Origin: Nitrospirales bacterium
Lineage (GTDB): Bacteria > Nitrospirota > Nitrospiria > Nitrospirales > UBA8639
Assembly (NCBI GenBank): GCA_963555755.3
Contig: OY820905.2
Span: 672,001-736,000, forward strand
Reading direction: 5' to 3'
DNA: 64,000 nt
Made by a program: the position numbers and the translations under genes. Shown piece by piece: positions 10,522 to 19,690 of this stretch (positions are counted from its first letter, which is position 1; the number at the start of each line of letters is the position of its first letter). The notes under the pieces are model-generated. The model ran no database searches. It worked only from the letters and a program-made list of their open reading frames with translations, and was not told where the DNA came from.

Positions 10522-10917
10522 ATGAACCCGACGATTTCACAGCACTTACACGATTCTTTGGTAAGAATAATGGTAACAGGAGACAAGATCTTTGCGAGTC
10601 GCCTCCTTGCCCTGCGCAAGCAGCAGGGGTGGTCGCAACCAGAATTGGCCAAGAAGGTGGGGACGTCCGGAGCGATTATTGGGCGCTACGAACGGGGGGA
10701 GACTATTCCCTCGATTGGGGTGGCCCGCAAGCTAGCGGAGGCGTTGGCAGTCACGCTGGATTATCTGGTGGGTGACAATGACCTCGATACCGTGCAAGAT
10801 AAGGTCATGCTCGAACGCTGGCAGGCGCTGACAGCTTTAGCGCCAGAAGATCGAGAACGGATTTTATTTGTGTTCGATAGCTTGATGCGAGAAGCCCGGA
10901 CCCGTCAAGCCTATTAG
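10522..10917 (+). CDS. XRE-family HTH transcriptional regulator
   Basis: LRKQQGWSQPELAKKVGTSGAIIGRYERGE...LDYLV HTH_3 pattern. Confidence 0.9.
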   Translation: MNPTISQHLHDSLVRIMVTGDKIFASRLLALRKQQGWSQPELAKKVGTSGAIIGRYERGETIPSIGVARKLAEALAVTLDYLVGDNDLDTVQDKVMLERWQALTALAPEDRERILFVFDSLMREARTRQAY

Positions 10918-10940
10918 GGAGGCATCTAAAAGGAGGGCCC

Positions 10941-11150
10941 ATGGACTCACCGACTCACCAACTGGACCACGTGTTGGGCAAACTACAGGGATTAGCGCCG
11001 CATCGGCTCCTGGAAGTCGAAGACTTTATTGATTTTCTGAAACAGCGGGATGACGAGCGGTCCTTCACCCAAGCGGTGCAGGCAGCGTCAGAACCCGTGC
11101 TAGACCAGATCTGGAATAACCCGGACGATGCCGAATACGACCAGTTATAA
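10941..11150 (+). CDS. Putative antitoxin (DUF2281-like)
   Basis: EVEDFIDFL and acidic C-terminus WNNPDDAEYDQL; AAGGAGG RBS; overlaps the toxin gene. Confidence 0.75.
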   Translation: MDSPTHQLDHVLGKLQGLAPHRLLEVEDFIDFLKQRDDERSFTQAVQAASEPVLDQIWNNPDDAEYDQL

Positions 11151-11475
11151 CTTCGGCACCATTGTCCTGGTCGCGTTTCCGTTTTCCAATCAGACGGGAC
11201 ACAAACAACGCCCCGCCATCGTCGTCAGCACGCAGGCCTACCATCACGCGAAACCCGACCTTATTCTGCTGGCTGTAAGCAGTCAGGTGCGGGGCCCCCT
11301 AGCATTTGGTGAACGCCAAATCACGGCATGGCACCAGGCTGGGCTCCTCAAAGCGTCCGTGATCAAACCGGCACTGTTTACGCTGGAACAACGATTGGTG
11401 CGCAAAACCTTAGGCCAACTCACACCGCAGGATCAGCAGGCCGTGCGAACCACCCTAGCCGACATTCTTGGCTGA
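11128..11475 (+). CDS. PemK/MazF-family toxin
   Basis: GTIVLVAFPFSNQTGHKQRPAIVVS and AGLLKAS motifs. Confidence 0.88.
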   Translation: MPNTTSYNFGTIVLVAFPFSNQTGHKQRPAIVVSTQAYHHAKPDLILLAVSSQVRGPLAFGERQITAWHQAGLLKASVIKPALFTLEQRLVRKTLGQLTPQDQQAVRTTLADILG

Positions 11476-11488
11476 TGCGACGAAGTAG

Positions 11489-11908
11489 CGCTTCAGCCAA
11501 CTCGAACAACTCTCCCCCGCGCAACGCAAACCCATCATTCAAGTGCTGGATGCCTTTCTTCAAGGCACGACGGGTAAACGCAGCTAAGGCAAGAGCTGTA
11601 AGAAATTTCACCGACCAAAAACGGAGAGGGAACAACGAGGGGAACGCGGGAGACCTGCTCGGTGAGACGAAGCCGGAGAAACACCTAATGAGTTAAAAAT
11701 GTATTAAATCAAGTCTTGACCCCATGACCCAAACCCATCATCCAAGTACTGGATGCGTTTCTTCAAGGCACGACGGGCAAACGCAGCTAAGGCAAGAGCA
11801 AGAAGAAATTGCAGCGACTCAAAACGGAGAGGGAACGACGGAAGAAACGCGGGAATCCTACTCGGCGAAACGGAAGAGCGAGAAGCAACTAATCAATTAA
11901 AATTTTAT
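11489..11908 (+). repeat. Two tandem copies of an XRE C-terminal remnant plus downstream DNA (third copy 15691-15854)
   Basis: 11528-11723 and 11731-~11908 are homologous; first copy reads RFSQLEQLSPAQRKPIIQVLDAFLQGTTGKRS*. Confidence 0.75.
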
Positions 11909-11979
11909 GCATCAACACCTACCCCCACCTCAAAATTATCCGTGAAAAGTATTAGTCAACCAAAGACTTGACCCGTATC

Positions 11980-12248
11980 TTGGCGGCGTACTGATGCGCC
12001 TGACCAGATTGCCGGCCTCGGTGCGTGGCAATAAACGATCGGCTTGGTCGTAAAATAAAGTCGTCGGATCCACCCATGGTTCATTGGTGAAGTCTTCGAG
12101 GATCAAACGGCCATGTGTTACACAGTTGTTCACGGGGCAGGTTGCAGGCAGGTTGAAGAAGAAAGGAAAGAAGGAAACTCAACCGAACAAGTTGGGACGT
12201 CTAACGCCCAGAATAAATTATCCGTGAAAAGTATTAGTCAACCAAAGA
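11980..12248. repeat. 269-bp direct repeat, copy 2
   Basis: Matches 9805-10073. Confidence 0.9.
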
Positions 12249-12292
12249 TCTGACCCGTAGTCTCGTAGTCGGAGTTTGACCCGTAGTTCCAT

Positions 12293-12622
12293 TTACTCAA
12301 AAGAAGTCAACCACACAATATCACCAATATCTGGCTCTCTCCCTAAACTCGACCAAAGCATTTCAATTTGGTTTACACATTCTTCTTCCGACAATTCCCA
12401 TTTAACAAATTCACCAGATGCATTAGGATTCCCGGCAATAATTTTATTTTCCTTTAGTAATTTACTAAGTAAGGAAAGGACTTCAGTACGAATACTATCG
12501 GTAGAAATTTCAGGTTTCGCTTCACGATATGCCCGAACGAGTACCCATAATCCAACATAATCTTCTTTACATTCCGTCAAGAAATCTTTTTCAATATCAG
12601 CCATAAACATATACATTCTCAT
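12293..12622 (-). CDS. Putative immunity protein
   Basis: Small, acidic, AT-rich; ATGA overlap with upstream Rhs toxin domain. Confidence 0.7.
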   Translation of the reverse strand: MRMYMFMADIEKDFLTECKEDYVGLWVLVRAYREAKPEISTDSIRTEVLSLLSKLLKENKIIAGNPNASGEFVKWELSEEECVNQIEMLWSSLGREPDIGDIVWLTSFE

Positions 12623-13367
12623 GGAGTAAATTTGATCTTTGCAATAGAAATATTGGGAATATTTACATCAATTGTTGCTGAGGTGTTGGGACTATTTGTC
12701 ATTTTAGTTCTTAAGCCTACAGTTCCCCTATTCGGCAACTTCACCAAGGTGCCTGGAAATGAGCTCCCCTTCACAATTTGACCACCATTAGAAAGTTGAT
12801 TAAAGAGCTTTTGCGCGTCATTAATGCCCCCAGATAGTACACGTATATTCTCCCGACTTCCGGCCTGCCCAAGTGCATTTCCCCCAGGCAACAATAAATT
12901 CTCAACTTTCGACCCAAAGCCCAGCACTATCCTTGCTTTTTGAATATTCCTACTAACAAAGTTCACAATTGGGCTAAATAGTTTTCCAACACCAGCCACA
13001 CCAACCGAGGCAGGCCCACCAGGAGTAAAGGTATTGACGTCCTCTGGTGAAGGGGACGGTCCTGGGGCTCGGAAGCCTGTCAGCACGGTGAAGTCATTAC
13101 CACCTTCTGAAGTCCCCCCCCAAGTAACCGATTGGCCTGCCCACCCAGACCAGTACCTCCTCCACCCTGAGAAGTATAACTCACGTTCTGCGTATTGGCG
13201 TTGGTCCCAGAATTTGATCGCGGGATCGTCCCCATCGGGTCGGTAAAGTTGACGGGATCCCCGCCCGCATAGGCGTAGAGGTTGGTACCGCCTTGGAGGC
13301 CAATCGGGTCGGGTTGCGTAAATCGCCCGGTTTCAGGATCGTAGTATCTCGCGCGGGAGTAAACCAC
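12619..13367 (-). pseudogene. Orphan Rhs C-terminal toxin module, frameshifted near 13085
   Basis: RARYYDPETGRFTQPDPIG...NLYAYAGGDPVNFTDPMG core end; toxin-like domain continues in another frame. Confidence 0.85.
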
Positions 13368-13707
13368 TCGGCCCTACGACTCGTCGCCGTACGTTGCCCA
13401 ATTTCCTCTATGCTTTCTTCCACTTAGCCGCCGTGTGGTCCTGAGCTCCTTCCTTCCAACAACTTTTTTGCCCAGACGCGCGTTTTCGCTGTGCGCTCGG
13501 CCTCCCTCTGTTGGTCACATCCTTGGTGTTGGTTGGTGATCACCGCCATGATCATGAATCCACTGCGGCGGCAGCTTAGCACACTTGTCACCGAAATTCT
13601 TCTTCCCTTTTTAGCTGCCAAGCGATGGTAGGCAATTGAGCACACCCATGCTATAAGTGTGCGAAGAGTACAGGATGATCGTTTTGCCGTTACGGACAAT
13701 TCCCTGA

Positions 13708-13950
13708 GTGAGCACGCGTGAACACAATGAACGGAAGTTTCCTAACTGGAAGAACCTCGCTTCCGGTGGACGACGCTATTGGCTGGATGTGCTCGGCCGC
13801 CACGGCTGGAAAGCTCGGTACGTGAAAGAGGTTGACGCCATCGAAGTAACAGTGCGATTTTACCAAGAAATCTACAACGAACAGGGCACCCTCGTCGAAA
13901 TGCACGAGAAATATCCCCTCGATCACGGCCATAAACAGGTGGAACCATGA
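13708..13950 (+). CDS. Small hypothetical protein, possible toxin
   Basis: 80 aa, protein-like composition, ATGA overlap with next gene. Confidence 0.65.
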   Translation: MSTREHNERKFPNWKNLASGGRRYWLDVLGRHGWKARYVKEVDAIEVTVRFYQEIYNEQGTLVEMHEKYPLDHGHKQVEP

Positions 13951-14213
13951 GTCAGATCATTACTCGCCAGATTGTCGCAGACAAACTCGCTGCCTACCTC
14001 CAGCATGAGCTCTCGCTCCCTGAGCTCGTCACGTGGGCTGAATCGGCTTTGATGGAGGGGGAGTTTGAGTCGGAACATCTCATGGCCATTCGCGACGCGG
14101 TCGCCCGCCTCGGCGTGGCCGACGTCCGGGCCTTCGGACTGACGTGGGACGACTGCGAGCAACTCCTGAAGCAGCTCGGATATGCGGCGCATGTCCACAT
14201 CGAAGTTGCGTAA
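13947..14213 (+). CDS. Small acidic hypothetical protein, possible antitoxin/immunity
   Basis: 88 aa, acidic and helical-looking; coupled to upstream gene. Confidence 0.65.
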   Translation: MSQIITRQIVADKLAAYLQHELSLPELVTWAESALMEGEFESEHLMAIRDAVARLGVADVRAFGLTWDDCEQLLKQLGYAAHVHIEVA

Positions 14214-14488
14214 TCCTCATTGAGGACAAGCCCACCTCTCCGCTTCTAGCCCACTGCGCTTCACGATTTTCGCGAGCGCCTCCCAACAAAATATACGCTT
14301 CCCTTTTTAACTGCGTGATTTCGATTCGTCTGTGTGTGTCGTTGTTCTGGGGACGGCCGCTGAGGACGGAGCGGAAGACAGCTTCTGGCTGAAGCCGCCC
14401 GCAGGCGGACGCGAGGGTGGGTGGGGATACGATGCTATTTTTTATTTTGTGCGCTGCGCACACCCTACCGCGTCTTCGCGGCGCGGGC

Positions 14489-14593
14489 AGTTCGCATAAC
14501 GACTGGTTATCCGGCCTGGCGAACCGGAGGGTCGACCCCGCGTGCGGTTTCGTGGGGCCGGGGCTCTGGCGGATAACCCGCGTTATGTGAATC
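14489..14593. other. Pair of inverted dif/Xer-like recombination sites
   Basis: AGTTCGCATAA-7bp-TTATCCGGCCT (14489-14517) and CTGGCGGATAA-6bp-TTATGTGAATC (14566-14593). Confidence 0.55.
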
Positions 14594-14886
14594 TACCCGC
14601 TTGAGGTCCCCTTGGGGGGCGCTGGGGGGAGTAGTGGCGGCCGCTCTCGCGTCTGCGCGTGAGAGGACGACACGAATGCTTCACCGCGCTCTGACGTCTG
14701 CGCTCTGAACGCCACCTTTGAAACATTGCCTGGCTTCTGGTGAAAAACCGGTGCGTGTATTTGCCCTGTGATCGACGAACGGCGGGCGACCCATACTCAA
14801 CCATATTCCGTTTCAAGGTGCCATTGCGCATCAGCGCCCGGCGCCGGCCTGCAAGAGGGGTGACGAGGCCATGGATGGCCGTGATA

Positions 14887-15372
14887 GGGTCAGGCCTGCG
14901 TTATTGCAATAATCTAATCCCTTCAATGACGATTGGATCATGGCCAGAAAACCATGACTTCATGTCCCGGGAGGGGTTTATCATATGATTCTTCGGGGGA
15001 ATGGGGGCCAGGATATTTTCTTCGCTGACGAAGACCGGCATCACGTGTATGGGTTGCTCCACCAGGGAGGCGAGCGCTATCGCCATCGGATTAATGGTTT
15101 CTGTTGCATGACCAACCACCTCCATTTTGCCATTCAAGTGAAGGAAAAACCGTTGAGCCAAATCATGCAAAATCTGGCCTTCCGCTATACCCGGTGGATC
15201 AATCAAAACACCGGTTGGTACGGCAACCATTCAGGAAGTGGGGATTTATTGGAATCGTGATGCCTCCACCTTGAGTCATCAAATTGGAAAAATAGATGCA
15301 AGCGTGCGAGGGCAGGATGGGCTTCCCTCTCAGCTTCGTGGATATATCAAAGCATTAACGCAGGCCTGACCC
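14887..15372 (+). mobile_element. Internally deleted RAYT/Y1 HUH transposase element bounded by 21-bp inverted repeats
   Basis: ATG 14940: MARKP*LHVPGGVYHMILRGNGGQDIF...MTNHLH (HUH); C-terminal remnant in another frame ends at 15369; TIR 20/21 identical. Confidence 0.85.
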
Positions 15373-15389
15373 CATTATGACCCCATTAC

Positions 15390-15543
15390 ATCTAGGTTCG
15401 CTTGCCCTACGGCCTGCGGCTTTGCCCATGGGAAACTTCAACCCCTGATTACTCAGACGCTGCTTCCCGGTGCTAGAAAGGTGTACGAACAACTCCTTTC
15501 GCGGGACTTGAACCCGCTAGACACACCGCCGATGACGGCATGC
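15390..15543 (-). other. Possible 5' fragment of a group II intron
   Basis: Minus strand CTAGCGGGTTCAAGTCCCGCGAAAGGAGTTGTTCGTAC resembles group II intron domain I from memory; not verified. Confidence 0.35.
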
Positions 15544-15678
15544 GGTCAAATCTTTGGTTGACTAATACTTCAGCTCACGCCCCCTTCTCGGAATAGAAGA
15601 TCACTTGCACATAAAAAGGTTAGTGGCTAAAAGAAAGCCGAAGAGTTAAAAACGAAACTCTCAACCAAAGATTTGACC
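15544..15678. mobile_element. 135-bp mini-element with perfect 18-bp TIR
   Basis: GGTCAAATCTTTGGTTGA ... TCAACCAAAGATTTGACC. Confidence 0.75.
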
Positions 15679-15839
15679 CCTTTTCTTTTCCAAGGCACAA
15701 CGGGCAAACGCAGCTAAGGCAAGAACCGCAAGAAATTGCAGCGACTAAAGATAGAGACGGAACGACGGGAGGAATGCGAGAGACCTACTCGGTGAAACGG
15801 AAGCGCGAGAAGCAACGAACCCGTTAACAATGTATTAAA

Positions 15840-16319
15840 TCAAGTCTTGACCCCATACCCAACCTGACCCCTTACCTTTTTTGTAGCCTTTTTTAAGATT
15901 CCAAGAGTTTCAGCACGCTCTAACCAAATATCACTCACCTTCTTGTCTCGTTTGACACCAATTCCATAATAATAGCACCGACCAACCTCGTGCACAGATT
16001 GGTGGTCTCCATACAAAGCTGCACGGGTGTAATATTCAAAGGCCAATCGTTCGCTTTTTCTAATTCCTTCTCCTTTTTCGTAACAGATGGCCAGGTCATA
16101 CAGTGCATTTGCAACATTGTACCGCGCGGCTTCTTGAAGAAAAGCAACGGCCTTTCTTAAGTTTTTTCCTACATGTTGTCCAAATAAATACCAGGTTCCT
16201 AGGGCATAGGTGGCATCAGGATTCCCTTCAGCATGAGCTTTTTGTAAATACTGAAGAGCCTTTTGAGGATTAGGGGGCGTTTTCGTAATCTGCTTGAAAG
16301 CGGCTTTATAGTAATCCAT
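15840..16319 (-). CDS. Sel1-like repeat protein, putative immunity
   Basis: ATYALGTWYLFG, ALYDLAICYEKGEG, VGRCYYYGIGV repeats; directly downstream of an Rhs toxin. Confidence 0.85.
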   Translation of the reverse strand: MDYYKAAFKQITKTPPNPQKALQYLQKAHAEGNPDATYALGTWYLFGQHVGKNLRKAVAFLQEAARYNVANALYDLAICYEKGEGIRKSERLAFEYYTRAALYGDHQSVHEVGRCYYYGIGVKRDKKVSDIWLERAETLGILKKATKKVRGQVGYGVKT

Positions 16320-16382
16320 CTTAGATTTTCAAATTCCCAGTATTTGGAAAAAACATTTCATAAATCTCTTTATCAAAGATAG

Positions 16383-18035
16383 TTAACGCTTGGCAATTTG
16401 GTCACCAGGACTAGGGACGCCAGGGTAGTAAATCCCAGGAGCAAACATACAAGGATTGATAAAGATTGGACCCGGCGTCTTAATTTTTGGGCCTTTATTA
16501 GGCATTGGTGTTTTAGGTTTTGGTGAATCCTTAGGTGGCCAGGGGCCCTTGTGGTTCTGTGGCTTAATAGTATTCGGACGACGTCCTGGGTCTGCCTTTT
16601 CACCACCACGACTTTTCTTTTTATTTGCTTTGCCTTTTTCATGCTTTGGCACGTTAGCTGGATTCGTATTAGAATTGTGTTCCTTATAGGCTAGTTGTAC
16701 GGGGTTCTGCGTATCCTGTTGAGAACCTTGACCTTGTCCCCCATACCCCAGCCCACTCAGGCCTGTGCCCCCACTACCCTGAGACGTATAGCCGGTATTC
16801 TGTGCATTAGCATTAGCACTGGCTACGGACCACGGTGTGGTCCCCATGGGGTCGGTATAATTGGTAGGATTCCCTAATGCATAGGCATAAAGATTGGTGC
16901 CGCCTTGGAGCCCAATCGGATCAGCCTGCGTGAAGCGTCCCGTCTCCGGATCGTAGTATCTGGCGCGGTAGTACACTAATCCCGTGTCGTCGGGTTCTCT
17001 GCCTGTATATCCATACTGCGGCACGGTGCCGGTTTTGAGGGTGGGGTTGCCCCACGCATCGTAGCGGACTGTGCCTTGCGCTTCCCCTGTTTGGTCCGTC
17101 ACGGCCACGACACTGCCGAGGCCATCTTGATGATAATACTCGATGAGTCCACCGCCGATGCGGATGAGGGGGGTGTCAATCCCTGGGCCATGCACATATC
17201 TGGCGGTCGGCGTGGTTGTCCAGGTGCTGCCATATTCGGCGATGATATCGAGGCCATCGTAGAGGTAATGTCGCTCCGCGCCCCCAACGGTCTTTCTCAC
17301 ACGCCGCCCCAGATCATCGTAGCCATACGTCTCGGTATGCGCCCATGTCTTCTGCGTTTGCGTCACTTGGTCCCACGCGTTGTAGATCATCGAAAGGACT
17401 TCACCTGTGCCTGCCTTGCTCTCCATGTTCCCATTGAGATCATATTGAAAGCTGGAGAGGATAGGGCCGGCCTCCGTCCCTTGCCGAATCGTGGTGAGTT
17501 GATTGGCGGCATCGTAGAGATAGACTTCTGTGGTGCCACCAATGGTGCGACTCGTGCGATTCCTGAGGATGTCGTAGGTGTAATCGTCTTGGGTATTGGT
17601 GATCAAGCCACCCTCATCTTCATCGGTCAAGACTTGCGTCAGGCGATTGAGTTCATCGTACGCATAGGTTGAAGTCGTAACGGTACTACACGAGGGGTCA
17701 TTGTCAATGACCGTTTCCCGGTTGCCCAGTGTATCATAGGTGTAGTTTTGTTGCGCTAAAAGGGTGCCGCCGACCGTGCGATGGTCCACCTGATCAAGCG
17801 TGTTATCGACATTGTAGGTATAGCGCGTGTTGACGCCATTCGGGAGCCATTGTTCAGTAAGCCGTCCGCCGTCATCGTACACAAAGCTCACCAGTTCGCC
17901 TTGTCCGGCCCACAGGCCGTTTAAGCGCCCCACGGCATTGTAGAGATAATCCGTGCGGCTGACTTCGGTGAGACTGGCATCGAGTGCTTTGCGGCTGCGG
18001 ATGCGACCCCCGGGGGTGTAGTCAAACGTCAGGCT
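16383..18035 (-). pseudogene. 5'-truncated Rhs protein with Lys/Pro-rich C-terminal toxin domain
   Basis: YD repeats, GYTGRE, RARYYDPETGRF, NPTNYTDPMG; YD-like sequence runs up to the RAYT end at ~18036. Confidence 0.88.
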
Positions 18036-18138
18036 GTGATAGGGTCAGGCCTGCGTTATTGCAATAATCTAGTCCCTTCAATGACGATTGGATCATGGCC
18101 AGAAAACCATGACTTCATGTCCCGGGAGGGGTTTATCA
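18036..18138 (+). mobile_element. Second copy of RAYT left end and 5' coding start, cut by IS6
   Basis: Near-identical to 14881-14983, including the same in-frame TGA. Confidence 0.85.
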
Positions 18139-18941
18139 GGTATTGTCAACTTAACCCGCGTTTGGCAGACTGGGCAGCATGACAACCAAAAAGCCCAGCT
18201 GCCAACGCCATCGCTTTCCTTCCGAAATTATCAGTCATGCCGTTTGGCTCTACCATCGATTCTGCCTCAGTTTCCGTGAAGTCGAAGAACTCTTAGCTGA
18301 ACGTGGAGTCACGGTGACTTATGAAACCATTCGCCAGTGGTGTCAGAAATTTGGGCCTACATACGCACGCAAGCTCAAGAAACGACAAGGGCGTCTCGGT
18401 GATACGTGGCACATCGACGAAGTGTTTGTGACCATCCAAGGGGCCCGACACTATCTCTGGCGAGCCGTGGATCAAGACGGCGATACCATTGATATTCTCG
18501 TGCAGTGTCATCGTAACAAAAAAGCGGCGGAACGCTTCTTTCGCCGCTTACTGAAAGGCCAAGGCCGTGAGCCGCGCTGGATGATCACCGACAAACTCAA
18601 AAGCTACGGCGCCGCACACCGGGCCGTCATGCCGACCGTCGAGCATATCAATCGGTCTATGCGAATAACCGAGCGGAAGTGTCGCACGAACCGACCCGGC
18701 AACAAGAGTATCATATGCGAGGATTTTCTTCCTCGACTCAGGCTCAAAGATTTCTCACACTGCACGGACTCACACAGAATCTCTTTCGTCTCAGCCGCCA
18801 CCTGATGCAGGCGGTCAACTATCGGCTCTTACGTACTCAGGCGTTCCAAGTTTGGCAGGAAGCGGTATGCGCGTAAGAGACAATGCCATCGCTCGGCGAG
18901 CGCGTCCCAACTTGGCCGCAGCACCTTAAGTTGACAATACC
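18139..18941 (+). mobile_element. IS6-family element, transposase frameshifted near 18650
   Basis: Perfect TIR GGTATTGTCAACTTAA; RHRFPSEII, WHIDEVFV, YLWRAVDQDG motifs; ORF split 18179-18805 / 18679-18876; no TSD. Confidence 0.93.
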
Positions 18942-19076
18942 CCGAAGAGAAAGGAAGAGATGGGGTGAGGGGTTACCGCACCAGATGTCCCAAGTATATC
19001 ATCCTGAGCAGAGCAAAGGACCGTGCCCTTTCTGGTAAATGAAATTCCAGCACTGACAATTAATGAGATTTTCTTT

Positions 19077-19400
19077 TCAAACAGACACAAATTCCGCTCT
19101 CTGCTCCTCAATATTTTTTCGAACCCTGTTGGGCAAAGCTTTTTCAGCCATTCGCAAAGCATAGGATGCCTGGAGATTCATCCAGAATTTAGCCGTGTTC
19201 CCAAAAAATTCACTCAACCGGACAGCCGTATCACCCGTAATGCCCCTCTGTCCCTTGATAATGGCCGTGATCCGATTGGGCGGCACTCCTATCGCATTCG
19301 CTAAAGATGCCGCGGTCAACCCTGTATGTTGTAACGGCCTTAAAAATTCTTCTCCCAGAATTTCTCCTGGATGTATCGGCCTCATTTTATTCTTAACCAT
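19077..19400 (-). CDS. higA: HigA-family antitoxin
   Basis: PIHPGEIL.EEFL, ITGDTAVRL..FFG...FWMNLQ. Confidence 0.93.
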   Translation of the reverse strand: MVKNKMRPIHPGEILGEEFLRPLQHTGLTAASLANAIGVPPNRITAIIKGQRGITGDTAVRLSEFFGNTAKFWMNLQASYALRMAEKALPNRVRKNIEEQRAEFVSV

Positions 19401-19411
19401 CCTAACCTCTC

Positions 19412-19690
19412 CTAATGATAATCGGTTATTTCCACATCATACGAGCCATCTTTTTTCCACACAAAACACATCCGCCACTGCGCATTAATTCTCATGCTGT
19501 GCTGGCCCTTTCTCTCTCCCCCGAGCCTTTCTAATTTGTTTCCTGGCGGCACCAATAAATCTACCAGTTCTTCGGCGTTGTCTAAAATCTCCAACTTTCG
19601 TTCCGCGGCCTTTTTAAAGCCTGAAAAGGCCTTAACCCGTTCTCCGCCAAAGAATCTTTCCGTACTCCGATTTTTAAAACTTCTTATCAT
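19412..19690 (-). CDS. higB: HigB (RelE-like) toxin
   Basis: MIRSFK, PPGNKLERL.G.R.GQHSMRINAQWR, VEITDYH; toxin-first order. Confidence 0.93.
   Translation of the reverse strand: MIRSFKNRSTERFFGGERVKAFSGFKKAAERKLEILDNAEELVDLLVPPGNKLERLGGERKGQHSMRINAQWRMCFVWKKDGSYDVEITDYH

Noticed and set aside
10041..15870. Integron (attC cassette array) interpretation of the junction motifs
   Set aside because: No integron integrase, and the motifs lack the RYYYAAC...GTTRRRY attC structure
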